Of a stretch of DNA of 64,000 nt, positions 50,352 through 64,000 are shown in pieces (position 1 is the first letter of the stretch; every line of letters begins with the position of its first letter). This DNA is from Octopus sinensis (taxonomy: Eukaryota), in assembly GCF_006345805.1 (NCBI RefSeq), contig NC_042998.1, positions 101,556,001 to 101,620,000 on the forward strand, given 5' to 3'. Below the pieces are notes generated by a model. It made no database searches. It saw only the letters and a list, made by a program, of their open reading frames with translations, and was not told the DNA's origin. Both the position numbers and the translations under genes were made by a program.

Positions 50352-52389
50352 GGCATACACACACACACACACCCGCTGGCACACACACACACACACACAC
50401 GCTGGCACAAACACACACGCTGGCAAACACACACACATACAAGCCAACTAGGTAACACATAATAAAATAAACTATCTTTTCAAACTACGAGCAAAGGAGG
50501 CTCCTTGCTATACAATTGATCTTATTAAGGAAGCAGAACGTGGTGGCACTAATTAAGATTAACGTATCTGATCGTGTTGCTTTCGAAATATTTTATCAGG
50601 AGTGAGTGTAAAGGAGTTAGGGAGTTATTTCAGGAATTTAGGAAGTTCATTCAAAGATCATTTGTCATACTAGACTATATTCGCATTATCGTTCCACAAG
50701 AGAAAGACCCTAGTTGCAACGCTCTCTTATCGACTACTGTAAAGCGAATGCAAGTATAGTGAAATATTTATTCCAGTTGTTCAAATTCTAGGATTAAAGA
50801 ACCGTCCTCATTACATATTCAACATAATCTTTCCGGATGGGACTATTTGAATATAGCAGTGTTCGTGGAAAATCGAAATAACATTCATACGCTGAAATTG
50901 TGAGCTTAGAGAAAAATGATCGCATATTATTAATTAAATAAAACATAATGCCGAAAATATTACGGAAACTGGCACCCATATCGGACGAGCTTGTTAGTAT
51001 TGTCAGGAATATTGTAATTTCAGAATTAAAACATGAAATTCATCCCTTTCTGATGAAGGAATTTTTAACATCTTTGATGATAGTTACCAAAGTGGAGATA
51101 TGATGTTTGCTAACACTGGTTTTAACAGGAGTTAGCAAAGTATTAACTATTTAACTATTTATAATGTTGATATTTACTAGCAACGTCGATTATTCAGACA
51201 TATGTTTAAAGATATCCTTGCTGCGTCCATTCCGTCATTTTAGTTAACTGTAGAATAATTTCATCCAATGCAAGGTTTCTTAATTCAACATTGTAGAGTG
51301 TGATTTTAGGGAAATTTAGCTGCAATTTCTAAGAGATCGTGTGACATGGCAGAAACAGTTGCAATATATTTCAAACGACACCTTATCTTGAATAAGAATG
51401 AGGTATTGGGTGTATTGTTAAGAAAGAGTTACAGAGCCACAGTTAGAAAACTTCGGTTCATCTGTCTGCTCCATCAGATTTTACCGTAAGGTAAACAATA
51501 GCAATGGCACTGACTGCAATTACTTCAAAAGAATATTACTGACTTAGAATTTCGCATGAGTAGACAAAAGTATCAATATTAAACTAAGTGCTTTGCCTTG
51601 AGGAGGAGTTAGAGTTTACACGACTGCCATATTTATTGCATAAAGAGTGATGTCTTTTATTTCCATTATACTCTCACAGCTTACGATTTATCTATATAGT
51701 ACAATTAGAAAAGTCAGTTTCTAATGAATGGTGCTGCACGAAACGTTATGTTATTGCTCTTTCTCGAGGCATAATAAGTTTCAAGTAAAGGATTTTTCTT
51801 GAAATGTTATATTGTTGTTTTCTTGTGTTAGATAAATATATTTTACTTTGAAATGTTTATATTCACTAAATCCTGATATAGATCATAACTAATTCACATG
51901 GACTTATCTATTTGGTATATTAGAATGCATTACCTACATATATGTGTGTATTTGAGTGCACAACATGGGAATGTTTGAGTATACGAGCCAATTGAATAAC
52001 CAAATAGCCGGCACACATAGTATATGTAATCTGCTACAGTATCAAGTTCCTGTCGTGTAGTCCTAGGTAAAGCCTCGAGTTGTGATATGATATAGAGGCA
52101 TTTGATTGAACTACAAGGTACGACCCATACATCCATCTGCACAGTTGTGTTTTCATATATGTTCTCTTTGTCAACATCAGGTCCATAAGATTACGCAGCG
52201 CACGTGGACATGCAGAGATGAATTGTATGGTGTAAAATCTTAATGTGAAGATGAAGACCTATTTCCACTCTCTGGTGTATTTCTGTAGCCTGTAAATTAT
52301 GGTGGTGACCACAGAGAAGGTGGACTCGAAGTACTCTGTTAGAGCACAGCATTTCCTGTTCATCTGCATTTACCGTTAACACTGCATCT

Positions 52390-53900
52390 CATCGTTGTTG
52401 TGGGCGTGTGCGAACTTTGTAGTAATTTAAATGTAATAAGAAAGGAGGTCGTGGGTTAGATAGATGATATTTAAGGCTGTTGTTGAAGAGACAACATCTT
52501 AGATGATTTTTAATAATATTTGTGTAGTGTTGTAGCAGTGTCTGGTGGACGATGAAATGGGGTGTGTGTCGTATAATCTTCGAATGTGGGTTATCTGTTT
52601 CGTTTCAGTAAGAATGGCAACGTCATGTAGTTTTATTTGAAAAATAGTGGGTGAGATGGCGGATCTCGCAGTCATTTTCCAGAAAATGCTGATCGTAATA
52701 TTGTTCATATACGATATATTGGTTGGGCGACTTCACAAATTAAATGATTGATAATTTATTTTATTTTATTTAGACAGCACTCAGTATTTCTTTTTGCATG
52801 ATTCGATAGTGGGAAATAGAGTCAGAAAGTTTACCTGTTGTGCGTTGTAGGTTTATGTCACTTAAAACATCATGTAACTTCCTGTGGCAGATTTACGAGT
52901 TGTGAGGTGGTTGAGTATAATGAGCTGAGTGTATATTGTGATTTGGGAAATATGTGGGGATTAAGGACGTCCAGGATTAAGCTTTGTAGAAATTTGGGGG
53001 GATTACGCAGAAGTGAGGGGTAAATTTTCAGTTATTTCAGTGAATGTTGGTGCGTGCAGTGATTACATCCAGCCAAAGGTGCTTTCAAGTATTTGTTTGC
53101 GATTTTGCCAATTCTGAGGTATTTTCAGTTTTTAAGTTCCCCTATCGATTTTTGGGTGATGGAAGAAAAATTGTAGTTTTGTATTTTCTCCTTTGTTATC
53201 TTTTTGTTTTTCTCGCTGGACGATTTCTAAGAAATTTCTTAGAAGAGCACTATTTGAGGTTGTTTTTGTGAAATATAGTGTAGTGTGATTATTGTTACTG
53301 ACCCCACCATTTCCCTTATGTTATGTCTGTACTTTTTATTAGAGAGACACTTTCACCAATTTTTTGTTACTGTAGTTTATTTTCATTTTGTATATTTGTA
53401 TTTACTCATTTAATAATTAAACTTTATTTGTGCTGTATGAGATTTGGGTATATTGGCTGTCTCTGTTATGTATAGCCTTTGCTTAAACTAATGCAAATCT
53501 GTGTTTTCTACTTTAACATAGGGGATACGGCTTTCGGATGTGACTATAATTATGCTATTCTATGTTTATACTGTAGTATCCGTAGTAATTATGATGCTGG
53601 TGAATTATGAAAGGACTGATTCTGATCCAACGCTGCAATGTAAAAATTGGAAGAAGATATTATGCATTCTTCGTTGCTGTGCTATGTTGATAATTGTTAC
53701 TAGATCTGAAGAGGTTGTAGAATTTGTCGTCAACCAGTTTGTCGAGTTCTTGTATGTAACACTGCAGATGTCTCACGAAGAATTGTTATTGTGGACTTGG
53801 TGTCTTTTGTTGGTGAGTAACGTTGAAATATTGAAAAATGTAAGAGGTTTAATACCTCAATGTATGTTTGTGAAAGAAGAACGTTATAGAGAAGCAGAGG
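52390..53900 (-). pseudogene. Possible decayed LINE ORF1 and AP-endonuclease start
   Basis: A/C-rich minus strand; IFQIKLHDVAILTETK (52.6 kb) resembles the APE D..L.ETK motif. Otherwise heavily disrupted. Confidence 0.3.
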
Positions 53901-54210
53901 GTTAGCGGGCGCGTTCTGTCTTCTCCCATCCTTATCATCCTTGCATCGTTATAATTCATTTCATTAATGTCTTGTCCAGCCCGCAAAGCTACCTGTCTCT
54001 TATGACAAATTAATACAAAAAATAGAGTAGCGTTAAGGATCAAAGCCTAGTTTAGTTGCAGCCATATTAAAATTCGGCTTTTGTGATATGATATATGTAA
54101 TAGTTGATAAGTAGGTATGATTGCATTAAATCTCGTACTATATAAATATCTGTGAGTTAAGGTATTGTGTGGAAAAATTAATTTGGTGCGAATCGTGGAT
54201 GCGACAGTGA

Positions 54211-54211
<1 letters not shown>

Positions 54212-54306
<95 letters not shown>

Positions 54307-54307
54307 C

Positions 54308-54400
<93 letters not shown>
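54212..54400. repeat. (TATC)n-(TC)n-(TATC)n compound microsatellite
   Basis: Directly visible. Similar GATA/CA/TA tracts occur at about 21710, 24115, 27086, 45788, 49208, 56620, 61070 and 63520. Confidence 0.95.
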
Positions 54401-54401
<1 letters not shown>

Positions 54402-54941
54402 GTGTGTGTATATTCATATGAGAGTGTGTGTGTGCGTTAATGTACTTTTATATATGAACGTGTTTCGTATTAGCGGGTTTTTAAAAATTTACATCTTCAC
54501 TTGAGGCTTGTTTCCTATTGTATCTCGAATGTTTTTCCTATGTATGATTTAATACCGATAATGTTTTGTGAATACGTGTCTTGACTGACTGTCGCATATT
54601 ATAACTCAATTCTGCCAATTCCATAAAAAATATTTTCAATGTTAATAATATTTAGTCTTATATTTACGAAGTTAATTCTCGTGTGTTAGCCAGGAGGTTT
54701 CTAGATAGTTTATCGCTTTGCCAAAAAAAACTCAGTGAAATCTTTTTGAAACACTAAGCACATAAGAATTCCTGAATAATGGTCAATATTGTGTTACATG
54801 TATCTGCATACATATATAATTATACAATCGTCAGTACAAATAGCATACAGTCAGAGATATTTACACACATACACATAGAACATATGCATATACATCTTTC
54901 TGAATGTATGTATATATGTGTGTGTTTGTGTGTGTATATTG

Positions 54942-55024
<83 letters not shown>

Positions 55025-56669
55025 TGATATACGCAAACACACACACACACACGCATATATATATTTATATATATATTCATATATATACATATATACATAT
55101 ATATATACACACACACATATCTATATATATATAAATACACATACACGCAAGTATATATTAATGTAGGTATACGCAAGTGGAATTACACTTGCGTGTATCC
55201 CTGTTCCGATCTTGTCCTAATATAAAAGCATAAATCAACATTCAATAAAGGTAACAGAAACAACAACAATATTAATAGTATTAATGATAACGTTCTATAT
55301 TCTGTATCTTTGACTCACTCTCTTGCTAAATTCTATATCACGCTAATATCTTATATTTCAAAAATAAATATAAACTTAGAAAAAAAAACGCTTATATTTT
55401 TTCCTCACTAAACGTACCGTAAGTATACCCGCTCGCAGGCGTTCAGTGAAACTGAGTGATTGGTTTCGATCGATAATCAATTCTCATTTCTCTTTCTATA
55501 GTAGAATATTTTTGTAAAATTTTCTTTTATTAGTTATATAGTGTTTCCTAGCTTTGTTTGCATTTTATTAATCAGCTGCGGCAACAGTAGCAGCTGAGGC
55601 TGTTTAAGCTTTCTATTATACTTCCATAGTTGATGTTTTATATTTTCAATCTTAGTCTGTGTGTTATGTACATAATGGACAGTTTTATGTTACATGTATG
55701 ATAGAAACTGGCTTCGCAACTACAAAAATCTTTTAAGTGGATTAATGCTTCAGTCTGTAAAATCCTTGCCTTTAGAATGAAAATTACTATTTTGTGTATG
55801 GGCATAATCGTATGCGTATGTGCGTAGCGTATGCAGATGCATGTGTTTGTGCATACATTTCTATAAATGCCCTGGTATATAGGCATATAGCATAATTCGC
55901 ACATGAATTCATATACATAAGTACATATGTATATAGATATAAACATATGTGTGTCCATTTGGAAGTGTGTGTATATGCATATGTACATATACATACATAT
56001 TCCATATATCTGCTGATCCAACCATCCATGTAGCCATCCATGGATCCATCTATCTATACATTTGTCTATCTATCAGTTCTTCTCCCGTCTCTATCTGTCT
56101 ATTTCTCCCTGTCTCTCTCTCTCAGTGAGAGATAGTGGTAATAACAATATACGTACGCTACTACAAAATATCAAGGTAGACATCCATGGTGGGAGAAATG
56201 CAATTTTCTTGAGCAAAGGGGATTTTGATATCTCAGTGCGTATCCTTAATTTGCTCGTTAAGTAGATTAAGTAAAAATATTATATAACACTACTGTAAAC
56301 ACAACTAAAATGTTACGTGGTAAATCTTGCCGAAGCTAATACAGGCGATGCATTCATTTTTGAATAAGATATATCTGTCACATTTTGCAAAAGTGTATTA
56401 CTTAGAAAGTGTTGGGTCCATTTCTATCTGATCATGTTACATGTTGAATAGAGGATAATGGGGATTAGTTTAAGGAAGGTGCAGGAACTTAAATATGATT
56501 TATATTGAGATGTGGTTTTGAGGAGCAACCAAGGGAGTGAGAGCAATAATGGATATTTAAGAAGTTTGCAGCGGTATAAAAAGAAATGTTGGATATTTAA
56601 ATATACTGATAGATGATATAGATAGATAGACAGACAGACAGCAGACAGACAGACAGATAGATAGATAGG

Positions 56670-56745
<76 letters not shown>

Positions 56746-57384
56746 CAGACAGGAAATGAGCTGTGATTGCCGTGAGAAGGTACAGATGAATTAGCAAAAG
56801 TTGATATGACGGTCTCCGTAATCCACAGATGAAAGTACTAAAAGATATATTACTTTTCCAGAAATTCTGAAACTTTCACAACTAATAAGAAAAGGAAGAA
56901 AACCTGAATCTGAAACAGATTGAAGTATATGAATTTTATATGGCATTTATTTAGAGTTATGTTCTGACAGTTTGCGTGGATAACGCTTCTCATAAAATAT
57001 AAATACATTACTCAATCTAGAGAGAATATATACCTACTTACTGCTAACTGTGCTGTTGCATGAATGTATCTCGGAGTTATGGAAGATAATCTTCAAAGTA
57101 AGCTATACTTGATACGTTAGTGTAGGTTGAAGCTGATTGCTATAATGACATAAATAACAGAAAGTTTGGCTGCGTAATTGAATTTCAAACAAAATGCAAT
57201 GAGAAAAGTATAAACCGCAACTAGGGTTTTATTGACCATTTTTATGCTGCTACCAATATGCCTAAAAGTCCTTAAGTAATAATTTAGAATATGTTTATAC
57301 CTATGAATATAAACATTGTAAAATATATTTTACAGTGCAAGAAGGACTGATGAATTCTAACGTTTGAATATATTTTTATTTATT

Positions 57385-58740
57385 GTGTCTGGAAGGTCTT
57401 TAGAGACAAGTGGCACCTGACCGTTGAAGGTCTTTAGAGACAAGTGGCCTTGATATCAACAATGTTCCGTTTAGCCTCTTGTAGGTCAAAACCGGCAGGA
57501 ACGAAATGAGAAGAGAAAATGTTTCAGAGCGCCGATATTCTCTTCTTGTGAGAAAGAACTGAACGTAATGGTTTGTGTGGCACGAAAGGTGTAAAGATGA
57601 ATAGTGGCGGTACGGGACCAACATGCTCCGAAGAACAGACATCATTGCAATAGCGAAAGAAGAGAGAGGGAGAGAAAGAGAGAGAGAAATACGAGAGAGA
57701 TGAGACAGTATGTCTGTAGGACAGACGATAAACGGTGTCGGTTACTGATGGAGTACTAATCAGCCAAATGGCCCGTCTTGTTGCAATCCAGGTTGTCTGT
57801 GCAGGGAGTAGCAGCATCGTTCTAGATGTGGGTGTCTAATTCCATTACAGGCTTCACTTGCACCTTGTAGAGAGTGACCGGAGGTTGGGGCTAAAATATT
57901 TTTTAGTTCTGAAGAGGAGACCCAGTCTTTTGGATACTATCCTAGTTTTGATAAAGAATGAGTTTTCACCAAAAATGATTTTCAGTAATACCCAGGTTCA
58001 GCATTGAGGGAATGTGAGGCCTCTCCTTGCATGCCATACATTTTTAGTGGGTTTCGGTGCAGTTCAGTGACTTCATTGGAAATAATGCTTGAGTATTTTT
58101 TACTGTCAAAATAACTAGTACTGGAAGAACCTTGCTGAAAGATATTCTCAAGATCCCCGTTTTTGTAATCGATACAGATTTGGTATATGGTATTTAGAGT
58201 CAGTGAGAACAAATCAGAGAGAAAGAAACAGGTGTATCATTTGCATAAAAAGTGGATGTTGTTTGATGTGGTAGAATCTAAGTCATTGAGACATAGAAGG
58301 AATATAGTGGTGGCAGGACAATACCGAATCCTGGCAATAACTAGAGCTGATTAAGAGTAGAGAGGACAGAACTCCATCAATACATATCCGTTTTAATTAG
58401 ATATTTGCGTGTCAGATACAACCGAAGAATTTGCTGATGTCTTTTACGGAACTTGTCTAAAGTGAAATCTTATTAGTAGTTGACACATACACATGCAAAA
58501 AAATCAGATCTCCAGTAGATCGGTCTCTGCGGAAGCTGTAGTGGATGGCCGTGAGGAGAGAGAGACTCAAAGTTTTGGATAGGGTCAGAGTTAATGGCTG
58601 ACTTCGTTATCTTAGGGGTGTTGGAGGTGAGAACAAGAAGACGATATTTGGCTGGATCTGAGAGATTTCTTTCCTTTAGAATGGAAAACACTCAAGTGTC
58701 GCCAAATGTCAAAGTATACGACTAAAGATTAAGAAATTGA
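57385..58740 (-). mobile_element. Decayed CR1/L2-type LINE RT fragment
   Basis: ILKERNLSDPAKYRLLVLTS (cf. K..DP.NYRPISLTS); RICIDGVLSS..DSVL..IFLLCLNDL..YANDT (PQG/YADD region); LGLLFRTKKYFS..LYKVQVKPVME; HTVSSLS. A 24-bp direct repeat lies at the 3' end (about 57392 and 57426). Confidence 0.75.
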
Positions 58741-61077
58741 AGAACTTCTGTAATGCAACATTGGAGGTTAATAGAAATATTATTTTCAGGGCCTATAGCT
58801 TTACCTGTTTGAAGGAATTGGAGGTATTTCATTACATTGCATTTGTGTATGTGGGATGAGGAACGTGGAGAGCGGTTGGACGAAAATGAATGGATTTGGC
58901 AGGGGTTTTACGGAAGGATGTGTAGTGTGGCTGTTCTTCCAAGAAAAAAATGATGGGACGAAAAGGGACACAAGTTTTCTAATAAGGATCAAAACTGACC
59001 TGTATATCAAACATTTTTACATTGTATTGATTCACGAAATTAACTTTCTTTTACATTTGTCGATACTGATGCTCGGGCAATAGCTGTTTTCCATGACTTA
59101 GTTTATGTCAAATTCTTTGATTCAAACGAAAAAATTATGGATTATCAGCATATTTTACAAAATACTTTTTATCACACTCGACATCAGGAAATTAAATATA
59201 AGCATGTGTGCACGTGAGTGTGAGGACACGTGTGTATATCTGTATGTATATTCGAAGAACACTTTTGCAAAACTACCTGGTATAAAATCGAAGCTGAGAA
59301 TAGAAATTTCTCACTAGAAAAAGACATACAGAAAAGCATAAATTTAGCAGAATTGTTTGTTCAATTTATGTTCCAGCTACTTTTTTTTTCCTTTTAAGCT
59401 GCGAGCCATTACCATCCCACGTATCCCATTATTGAAAGGGAAATGTTTTCTAATTTTGTACATATTTTAAAAATTTTGTTCTACATTAATTAAAGGTTCA
59501 TTGAAACAGCGTATGCATTCACCTACAAAAGCTTTCATCCGTAAGAAATTTCCGCTCATATCTACAAAATGTTTCCTAATTTTAACCATTTCCATGAAAT
59601 CTTTGCACAGTTAGCTTTGTTCAATCTGTTCTCATAGATTTTGATAAAGGTCGTTATTTCAATGGCTCTTCATTTTACCAATTCGAAACAAAATTATTCG
59701 AGACTTGAATAAATCATTTTAGATAACATTATGTCGTCTAGACTTATAAAACGAGATATAGTTGTATATTCTAACAATTGTATATTGATTATATCAGCCA
59801 CTATATTTTATGACTTGAAGTTAACTTACAAACTTTCTAAAATCAGGATTGCTTTGAATATGTTACGTGTCTCCTTGTAGAAATGTTAATAGATGGAATT
59901 AGTTCCAATACTTGTCTTATTTTTCCACTTCGATGATTTTAGAATATATATGGATTAATTCCCCATTAGAAGTGAACCGTTGGCACTGTAAGGAAACATA
60001 TCAGTATATCAGACCGTAAGTTGCTATGAGAACTAGAAGCATTTATCAAGAGTGAAACCATGTTCATAATCATAAAATGTGAAAGACAAGTCAGGAGAGA
60101 AAATCAATGGTTATAATTTTTATTTTCTCTCCCTCAAATAAATGTTATAATAATCAAAATACATCATTTTGAAAAGAGGAATGTTTTTACAATATGGTTG
60201 ATTGAAAAGTTATCCTAAAATTTGTGAAACACCTAGCTGTAGAACGTGTTCATTGTCATGGAATCGTATTGTTTTTGCAAGCAACGTTATGATGTTAAGT
60301 TTAATGTTAGCATACTTAATGCAGGAAGCATTTAAAAGAATTCATCTTTTTATTCAAATATTTGTAAAAAAGTAATGACTCTTTTCTCAATGAGGATTAT
60401 TATTTAATCTTTGATTATATTATATGCTCATATAAAACGATATTAAATAACTGATATAAAAGATAATTGCTAATTTAGTGCTTAAATTATTGTTTATGGC
60501 TACTGCTGGGGAGGGGGGAGCCCTCTTAAATTATTCAGGCTGTAAAGAAAGTGTGGAATTAGTTTACAATTGAAATTTAAGTCCAAAATTTACGAACTCG
60601 CTTAAAACCAATCTCGTCGCACTAAAACAACAAATTCATTATATAGAGGTATAAAATGTTAATTACTTTGGAATGAACATGGAACAATCATTTGATTAGA
60701 GTTATATTAGAGTTATTACTGATGTCATCAATTGAACAGTAAAAGAGAAAATAATAGCTAATGGAAGAATTAGCTGATTACCAAATTTCAATACTGTATT
60801 GCGCGGTTCTTTATTGATCACTACCGAATTCGTACACACTGATATCCAAAGAAGTAACATGAGCGATTGCTTTGGCAAAATAGCATCCTGGATAGATAAG
60901 ACAACAAAACTATTGAAAACCCTTGTATACTTCACAGGTGATGTCATATTATATAATATCTAGTATCATGTTAATGCACACATGCATGCATCACCCACCA
61001 CAAAAACAGATGATACGAACAACTCTTTGTAATAAATTGACAATTATGAGACGTTTGTTTTCAGCATCCATCCATCC

Positions 61078-61175
<98 letters not shown>

Positions 61176-62010
61176 TTATATATCTGTCTGCCTGTCTACT
61201 ATTGTAGTTATATTTAAAATATTTAGAAAAAAAAAGGCAAGTTTCTAAAATAACTTGTGTATACATATGTACTTTATACGCATGCATATTATAGCGTGCA
61301 AATATATTAAATGAAGCAATTTAATTACACATATCTAACATGGAATATTAAAACTAGCAACACTTCATACACGCAGTATTACGTCATCTATGAAGAATTG
61401 GTTGATATTAATGAATGAATTTTAATTTTCACAGTTGCATGTTTTAGCAATTTAGAGATTCTAAACCGATGAGAGCATGGCAGGTGAATTTGACTATACT
61501 GAAAATAGTGTTGTAGCATTGTCAAAGCCTGAAGTCTGGTATCAGATGAAGAAAAAATAGAGGAATAAAAACAACAAATTATAATTATTCTGAATATGCA
61601 ACCGCTTTTTAAAATTTAAGCTCATTACATCGCAAATTTGCATCAAAATATTTATCTCCAGTTTAAATGAAAAAATATTTTAAACTTCTAAGTACGACGT
61701 TGTGCATAGACCTTGCTTGAGTATAGTAATTTTATTATTTGACAAGCTTAAAATCATCTTTGCAACTTTCACATTCATCCAAGCAATTTTTGTCTTTCAC
61801 TATATAATTTCTTCTTTGACCTTAGACATTATCTTCATGCTTATCTAATGAAAAGCCTGGCTGAAATGTTATATTTCTTATATTATCACTGTACACCATT
61901 ATATTTCATTCATTTTTAATATACGAATACAAATATTTATATATTTATAAAGAAAACTTAACACAGAAAACTAGTGCAAAAGACACAAAAGATTAAAGGG
62001 GAAAAGGTGT

Positions 62011-62228
62011 GGTGTTACAAGTTCGACAGCTGTTTCTGGAGCTTGAGGTTACTTCATAATGTTTGCAGATGTAGTTCAGATTTTTATCTCTCCAACTCGA
62101 AGACAGAGGTCGGAACTATCCAACGTTTATTAGATTACATTACTGGTGGCATATGATGGTGAACTACATCAACCAATACTATGAAGTACCTCCGAGCCTC
62201 GAGAAACAGCTGTCAGACTTGTAACATC
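62011..62228. repeat. Diverged ~67-bp inverted repeat pair, each arm with a decayed hammerhead-like motif
   Basis: 62011-62077 is the reverse complement of 62161-62228 (GAACTACATC..TATGAAGTA.C..AGAAACAGCTGTC..ACTTGTAACA). Confidence 0.7.
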
Positions 62229-62529
62229 AGACCTTCCCCACTCTAATAGTATGAGTCTTCTGTACGCTGGGCAACTTTGCTCTGTTAATATATAAATATT
62301 TTTGTATTTATACTTGAATATTCGTCTTCTGAAAATCTTCAGTCCTTGTCTTCTCTCTATTTACATGTGTACATATATAAATATACTATATCAAACCCAA
62401 GCAGTTTTATTTGCTTATTTGTATAATTGCTTCCATATCTGCTCACCTGGATTCTCTTATAGCCAATCTTTACTCCGTAGAGTTGGTCCTCGGTAAATGT
62501 TTCAGAGGGTAAGTTCAAATCATTTAAAC

Positions 62530-62910
62530 TCTAGGCATAAGAGCCAAATTTTTGTGGATGGGGCCAGTCGATTAGATCGACCCAAGCATGCAACTTATAC
62601 TTATTTATCGACTCCGAAAGGATGAAAGGCAAATTCGACGTCGGCGGAATTTGAACACAGAACATAAAGACAGACGAAATACCTATTTCTTTACTACCCA
62701 CAAGGGGCTAAACACAGAGAGGACAAACAACGACAGACAAACGGATTAAGTCGATTATATCGACCCCAATGTGTAACTGGTACTTATTTAATCGACACCG
62801 AAAGGATGAAAGGCAAAGTTGACCTCGGCGGAATTTGAACTCAGAACGTAACTGCAGACGAAATACCGCTAAGCATTTCACCCGGCATGCTAACGTTTCT
62901 GCCAGCTCGC
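62530..62910 (-). mobile_element. Dimeric SINE family A
   Basis: A full head ends at 62910; the long tail (GTCCTCTCTGTGTTTAGCCCC..) is fused to a second, 5'-truncated monomer. Confidence 0.85.
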
Positions 62911-63017
62911 AGTGTTTTGTATATTGAGAACCTCTGGATTTCATCTGTTGACTCTCTCTTTCTCTCTCTCAGTGACACAATCACACACACACACACACAC
63001 AACACACACACACACAC

Positions 63018-63050
<33 letters not shown>

Positions 63051-63074
63051 CACACACACATGATGTCTGTGTAT

Positions 63075-63290
63075 GTCTTTGTGTACGTGTTTGTCCTCCA
63101 TCAATGCTTGTTCAGCCGGTAATTGTTTATTTACGCTCCTGACTTGAGCGTTTCGTCAAAAGAATCGATATAGTAGGTACCATGATTGAAAAAGTTCCGA
63201 GGTTGAATCTTTGGTCTAAATCCTAGAAGACCGTGCCCTTGCATGACTGCAGTCCAATGATTAAAACAAGTAAAACATAAAAGATTAGAG
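63075..63290 (+). mobile_element. SINE family B 3' half, degenerate
   Basis: TGTTTGTCCTCC..GCATGACTGCAGTCCAATGATTAAAACAAGTAAAA, preceded by a (CA)/(TG) tract. Confidence 0.6.
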
Positions 63291-63763
63291 ATAAATTTAA
63301 TATCTATTATATTTCTTTACCTTTAATGTTATGGCAGGTATCAACTCGTGTTAGGAGCTAGAATTTATGCGGCAATAAGGTATGCAGTTACTTAAGTTTT
63401 AGTTAGTAGTGAGCCAGACTAGATAGTAAGCAAAATGCATCTACTTTAACATACTTAAAGTTATTTTAACATATTTCTCCTGAGAATATTTGTTACTCTA
63501 TGCACGTACACAACAAACATATTCTCACTACACACACACACACACACACATACACGCACACGCGCACACACACACAAACACACATACACACACGCACACA
63601 TAAAGACATACACGAACACACACGCGCGGCACAAACATGCCAACATCTTCCCTCTGCCCTCTTCTCTTCCTCTCTCAGTATACGTACATAGATATACACA
63701 CACAAACACACAAACACGTGTACATACACACATACACACACACACATACACACACACACACAC

Positions 63764-63832
<69 letters not shown>

Positions 63833-64000
63833 CGCTCGCATATATATATATATATATAATCTTTTCATGCAAGCCCAGGATTATAAATATATATAGTTTT
63901 CTATGCGTTTATTATCTATCTGAATTCTGCTTTACTGGAGGTAATTTTTTGGCACGCCAAGTTCCTAGCTAAAATGAAATCATTTCGTATTATTTACGTC

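Noticed and set aside
60825-60887. Candidate 63-bp minus-strand exon (GCYFAKAIAHVTSLDISVYEF)
   Set aside because: The acceptor is good but the donor is weak (GTAGTG), and I recognise no homology; unsupported without transcript data.
62078-62160. 83-bp spacer equal in length to the 83-bp centre of the large palindrome (13647-13729)
   Set aside because: There is no sequence similarity and the arm boundaries are approximate; treated as coincidence.

Overview
This 64 kb window is AT-rich eukaryotic non-coding DNA, dense in microsatellites. The SINE families and repeat landscape suggest an octopus or other cephalopod genome (inference, not verified). I can support no intact host protein-coding gene; most ORFs in the track are translated microsatellites. 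Recognisable content: three tRNA-derived SINE families; decayed non-LTR retrotransposons (R4/Dong-type with a restriction-like endonuclease, sitting in (TAA)n tracts, and CR1/L2-type RT remnants); a Chapaev-type DNA transposon with terminal inverted repeats; and hAT and mariner-type MITEs. The standout is 11726-16088, an array of about 9 near-identical ~487-bp units embedded in (TA)n. The array is split into two divergent arms, forming a ~4-kb palindrome that flips at a 35-nt hairpin. Every unit carries a complete type I hammerhead ribozyme motif: an 8-bp stem I, CUGAUGA, a stem II with a 58-nt structured insert, GAAA, a self-complementary stem III and a GUA cleavage triplet. The rest of the unit folds with G-U pairs on that same strand. 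This resembles a non-LTR retrozyme or ribozyme satellite able to release ~487-nt circular RNA. Several decayed minimal hammerheads of the Penelope-like-element type occur elsewhere (2.4, 18.5, 42.4 and 62 kb). All structures were derived by eye; no folding software or database search was run.
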